18,991 bases of DNA from Promethearchaeota archaeon (lineage in GTDB: Archaea; Asgardarchaeota; Lokiarchaeia; Sigyniarchaeales; SOKP01): contig JABCSY010000078.1 of the NCBI GenBank assembly GCA_018238625.1, positions 1-18,991 on the forward strand. Direction: 5' to 3'. The notes under the pieces are model-generated. The model did not search any database. It was not told the DNA's origin and was given only the letters and a program-made list of their open reading frames with translations. Positions 16,991 to 18,991 of the stretch are shown here, in pieces; the stretch's first letter is position 1; every line of letters starts with the position of its first letter. The position numbers were made by a program, and so were the translations under genes.

Positions 16991-18991
16991 TTAAAACGCC
17001 TTTAGTACAATATTTTTCTTTACAAATATATCTATTATTAAAGATTCCAGTAAAGGAATTTCTTTTATGTGAATAGTTTTGTTTATCTTATAACTCTTCA
17101 TCAGATTCTGCCAGATAGACTCTTCTTTCTGTATGTGATCAATAAAATAATTTATTTTCTGAAGAGCATAGTAGGAATCGCCCTTAAATATGTATGTGAC
17201 AAAAAAAGGTGGAATAGATTTCACAAGTAGTGTATATTCGCCAAATTTAGCTCGATCGAACCTTTCAGAAAACATCTCTCGAATAAAATAATCCATCGTG
17301 GTTAAAAAGCCACTAAAGAGGTGAGACTCGAACGCTTTTTCTTTAATAAATGAATGGGAGAAAAGAGAAGTACCACCTTCGGTTACGATTAAAATTGTAA
17401 AAGGTTCTTCTTCTGATATCTCAAGATCTTCTATCCCACCTTTTAAAAGCATATTTTCAATCTGTTCGTTAAGTTTGGCTAATTGAATACGCTTACTCAA
17501 AACTTCTTTTGATTCTTTAAGATTTTCCCATATGTTTAATTTCTGAAGTAATTCATCGTGTTCAATGGAAATTTTGGCAGCTAATCGATGCATTCCTTGT
17601 TTTTCAGCTATTTTTTGGGCTTGAGTTAATAATCGTCTTGCATCTTCTAAATCTAAAGTTAATAATGCTAGTTTTGCTTGTAACACGTAAGTTTCGGCTA
17701 AAATCCAAAATGAATTTGCTTTTTCAGCAATGTCTAATAATTGAGTAATTAAGTTTTCTAACTCGTTAAGCACTTCGATTTCATTAGTAAGATGTAATTC
17801 ATCCAGTAAGAGTTCACACAGGTTTAACAAGGCATTTGTAGTTATGTCAACATGAACCATCTCTTCTTGAATGATTTGTTTGAATATTTCTTCTGCTTTT
17901 GCCCGATTGTGAATCCGTGGGCTTGTTTTCAGTATTATGGCTTTACTAAAGCGATAGATTAAATCAATTGTTTTATTATCTTCTTTATCATTTATCTCTT
18001 CTAACTGCTCCAAATATCTCTGAGCACGTTCAATATTAGCCTTATAAACAAGAACTTCTATTATATTTGATATCATGAAACTTATTATCCAATTATTTCC
18101 CACTTCCTTTGAAATCATTAAACTACGCTCAAGATATGTTAAAGCTTTATCAAAATCACCTTGGTTCACGAACATAGAGGCAAGATTACTAAGATTTGAT
18201 GTGATTATTTGTTTATTGCTTGTTTTTTCAGCAATTACAAGGGACTGTTCGGTATACTTAATGCTTTTTTTAATTTCCCCTTTCAAACCGTAAATAATCC
18301 CAAGGCTTTGGAGATTCAATGATATGATACGTTGTTGGTTTATTTCCTTAGCGAGAGTTTGACATCGTTCTGCGTACATGAGAGCCCGATCTAAATCGCT
18401 TTTCATCATAGAATAAATAAATCCCATCCCATAAAGAGATTCGGCAAGCTCCTGCTTGTTCCCTATATTCTCACGCAATTCTAAGCTTCTTTTTACACAC
18501 TTTAGCGCTAAATTTACATTACCTTGAAATGAATAAATGGCTCCTTTAGTAAAGGCTATGGAAGCTTCTCTTTGTTCTTGTTCCAAGGGCGTACATCGAG
18601 TAAGAGTTTTAAGCAAATCTTCGCTTTGCTTAATTAAATTAAGAGCTTTTTCAAAATCCCCCATCCACATCGTTGCGTAAGCCATTCTCACAAGAGAATC
18701 AATTGATCGGAGATTATCCTTCAACTCCTGACTTTTTTGATAGGCTTTTTCGGTGAACTTAAGAACTTCTTCATAATTTGCCAATTCGGTTAAGCATTCA
18801 CTTATAAGGAGATAATGCGAGAGTTGGTCCGAATCCGTTATGTCGTCCCTTCCTTCCAGATTATTCATAAGTAATAAAGCTTCATCATATTTACTTTCTT
18901 TCATTAGCTGTTCTGCTTGCTTTAATTCTTTAGATTTTACACTGGGGCTCTGATTTTTTTTACTTTTTGGAAGATTTTTTCTCTCCTTTTT
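16991..18991 (-). CDS. TPR-repeat protein with a C-terminal longin-like domain (paralog 2), probably 5'-truncated by the window edge
   Basis: Colinear homolog of 14355-16310. The frame stays open from ATG 18904 to the window end (KKERKNLPKSKKNQSPSVKSKELKQAEQL), and SKELKQAEQL aligns with SKETIQAKYL of paralog 1, so the start likely lies upstream. Confidence 0.85.
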   Translation of the reverse strand, partial: KKERKNLPKSKKNQSPSVKSKELKQAEQLMKESKYDEALLLMNNLEGRDDITDSDQLSHYLLISECLTELANYEEVLKFTEKAYQKSQELKDNLRSIDSLVRMAYATMWMGDFEKALNLIKQSEDLLKTLTRCTPLEQEQREASIAFTKGAIYSFQGNVNLALKCVKRSLELRENIGNKQELAESLYGMGFIYSMMKSDLDRALMYAERCQTLAKEINQQRIISLNLQSLGIIYGLKGEIKKSIKYTEQSLVIAEKTSNKQIITSNLSNLASMFVNQGDFDKALTYLERSLMISKEVGNNWIISFMISNIIEVLVYKANIERAQRYLEQLEEINDKEDNKTIDLIYRFSKAIILKTSPRIHNRAKAEEIFKQIIQEEMVHVDITTNALLNLCELLLDELHLTNEIEVLNELENLITQLLDIAEKANSFWILAETYVLQAKLALLTLDLEDARRLLTQAQKIAEKQGMHRLAAKISIEHDELLQKLNIWENLKESKEVLSKRIQLAKLNEQIENMLLKGGIEDLEISEEEPFTILIVTEGGTSLFSHSFIKEKAFESHLFSGFLTTMDYFIREMFSERFDRAKFGEYTLLVKSIPPFFVTYIFKGDSYYALQKINYFIDHIQKEESIWQNLMKSYKINKTIHIKEIPLLESLIIDIFVKKNIVLKAF

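Noticed and set aside
7729-18293. Small overlapping ORFs (7729, 7977, 8433, 9467, 11266, 12768, 13640, 14641, 18075)
   Set aside because: All lie within or largely overlap well-supported genes, on the opposite strand or in another frame, and show no recognisable motifs.

Overview
AT-rich archaeal window, most likely from an Asgard archaeon (Lokiarchaeia/Promethearchaeota-like). That assignment is inferred from the Rab-like GTPase, the longin-like domains, the TPR-longin proteins and the eIF2B-family gene. Housekeeping and metabolic genes: an MFS transporter, a membrane M28 peptidase, an eIF2B-family protein, an ADP-forming acyl-CoA synthetase alpha subunit, a secreted HEXXH metalloprotease, a methylmalonyl-CoA mutase large subunit, a DUF35 Zn-ribbon/OB-fold protein and a HEPN-nucleotidyltransferase pair. 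Main observations: (1) a candidate signalling system of four longin-like domains in three architectures (7TM-longin fusion; separate 7TM plus stand-alone longin; two TPR-longin proteins flanking a Rab-like GTPase); (2) the 7TM-longin fusion is interrupted at an A_AAA_AAG slippery heptamer and its domain is completed in the -1 frame; (3) several intergenic spacers contain diverged fragments of neighbouring genes (acdA, DUF35, mutase, GTPase); (4) a 24/48-bp in-frame tandem repeat amplifies the start region of the M28 peptidase. All family calls come from motif recognition by eye; no searches were run.
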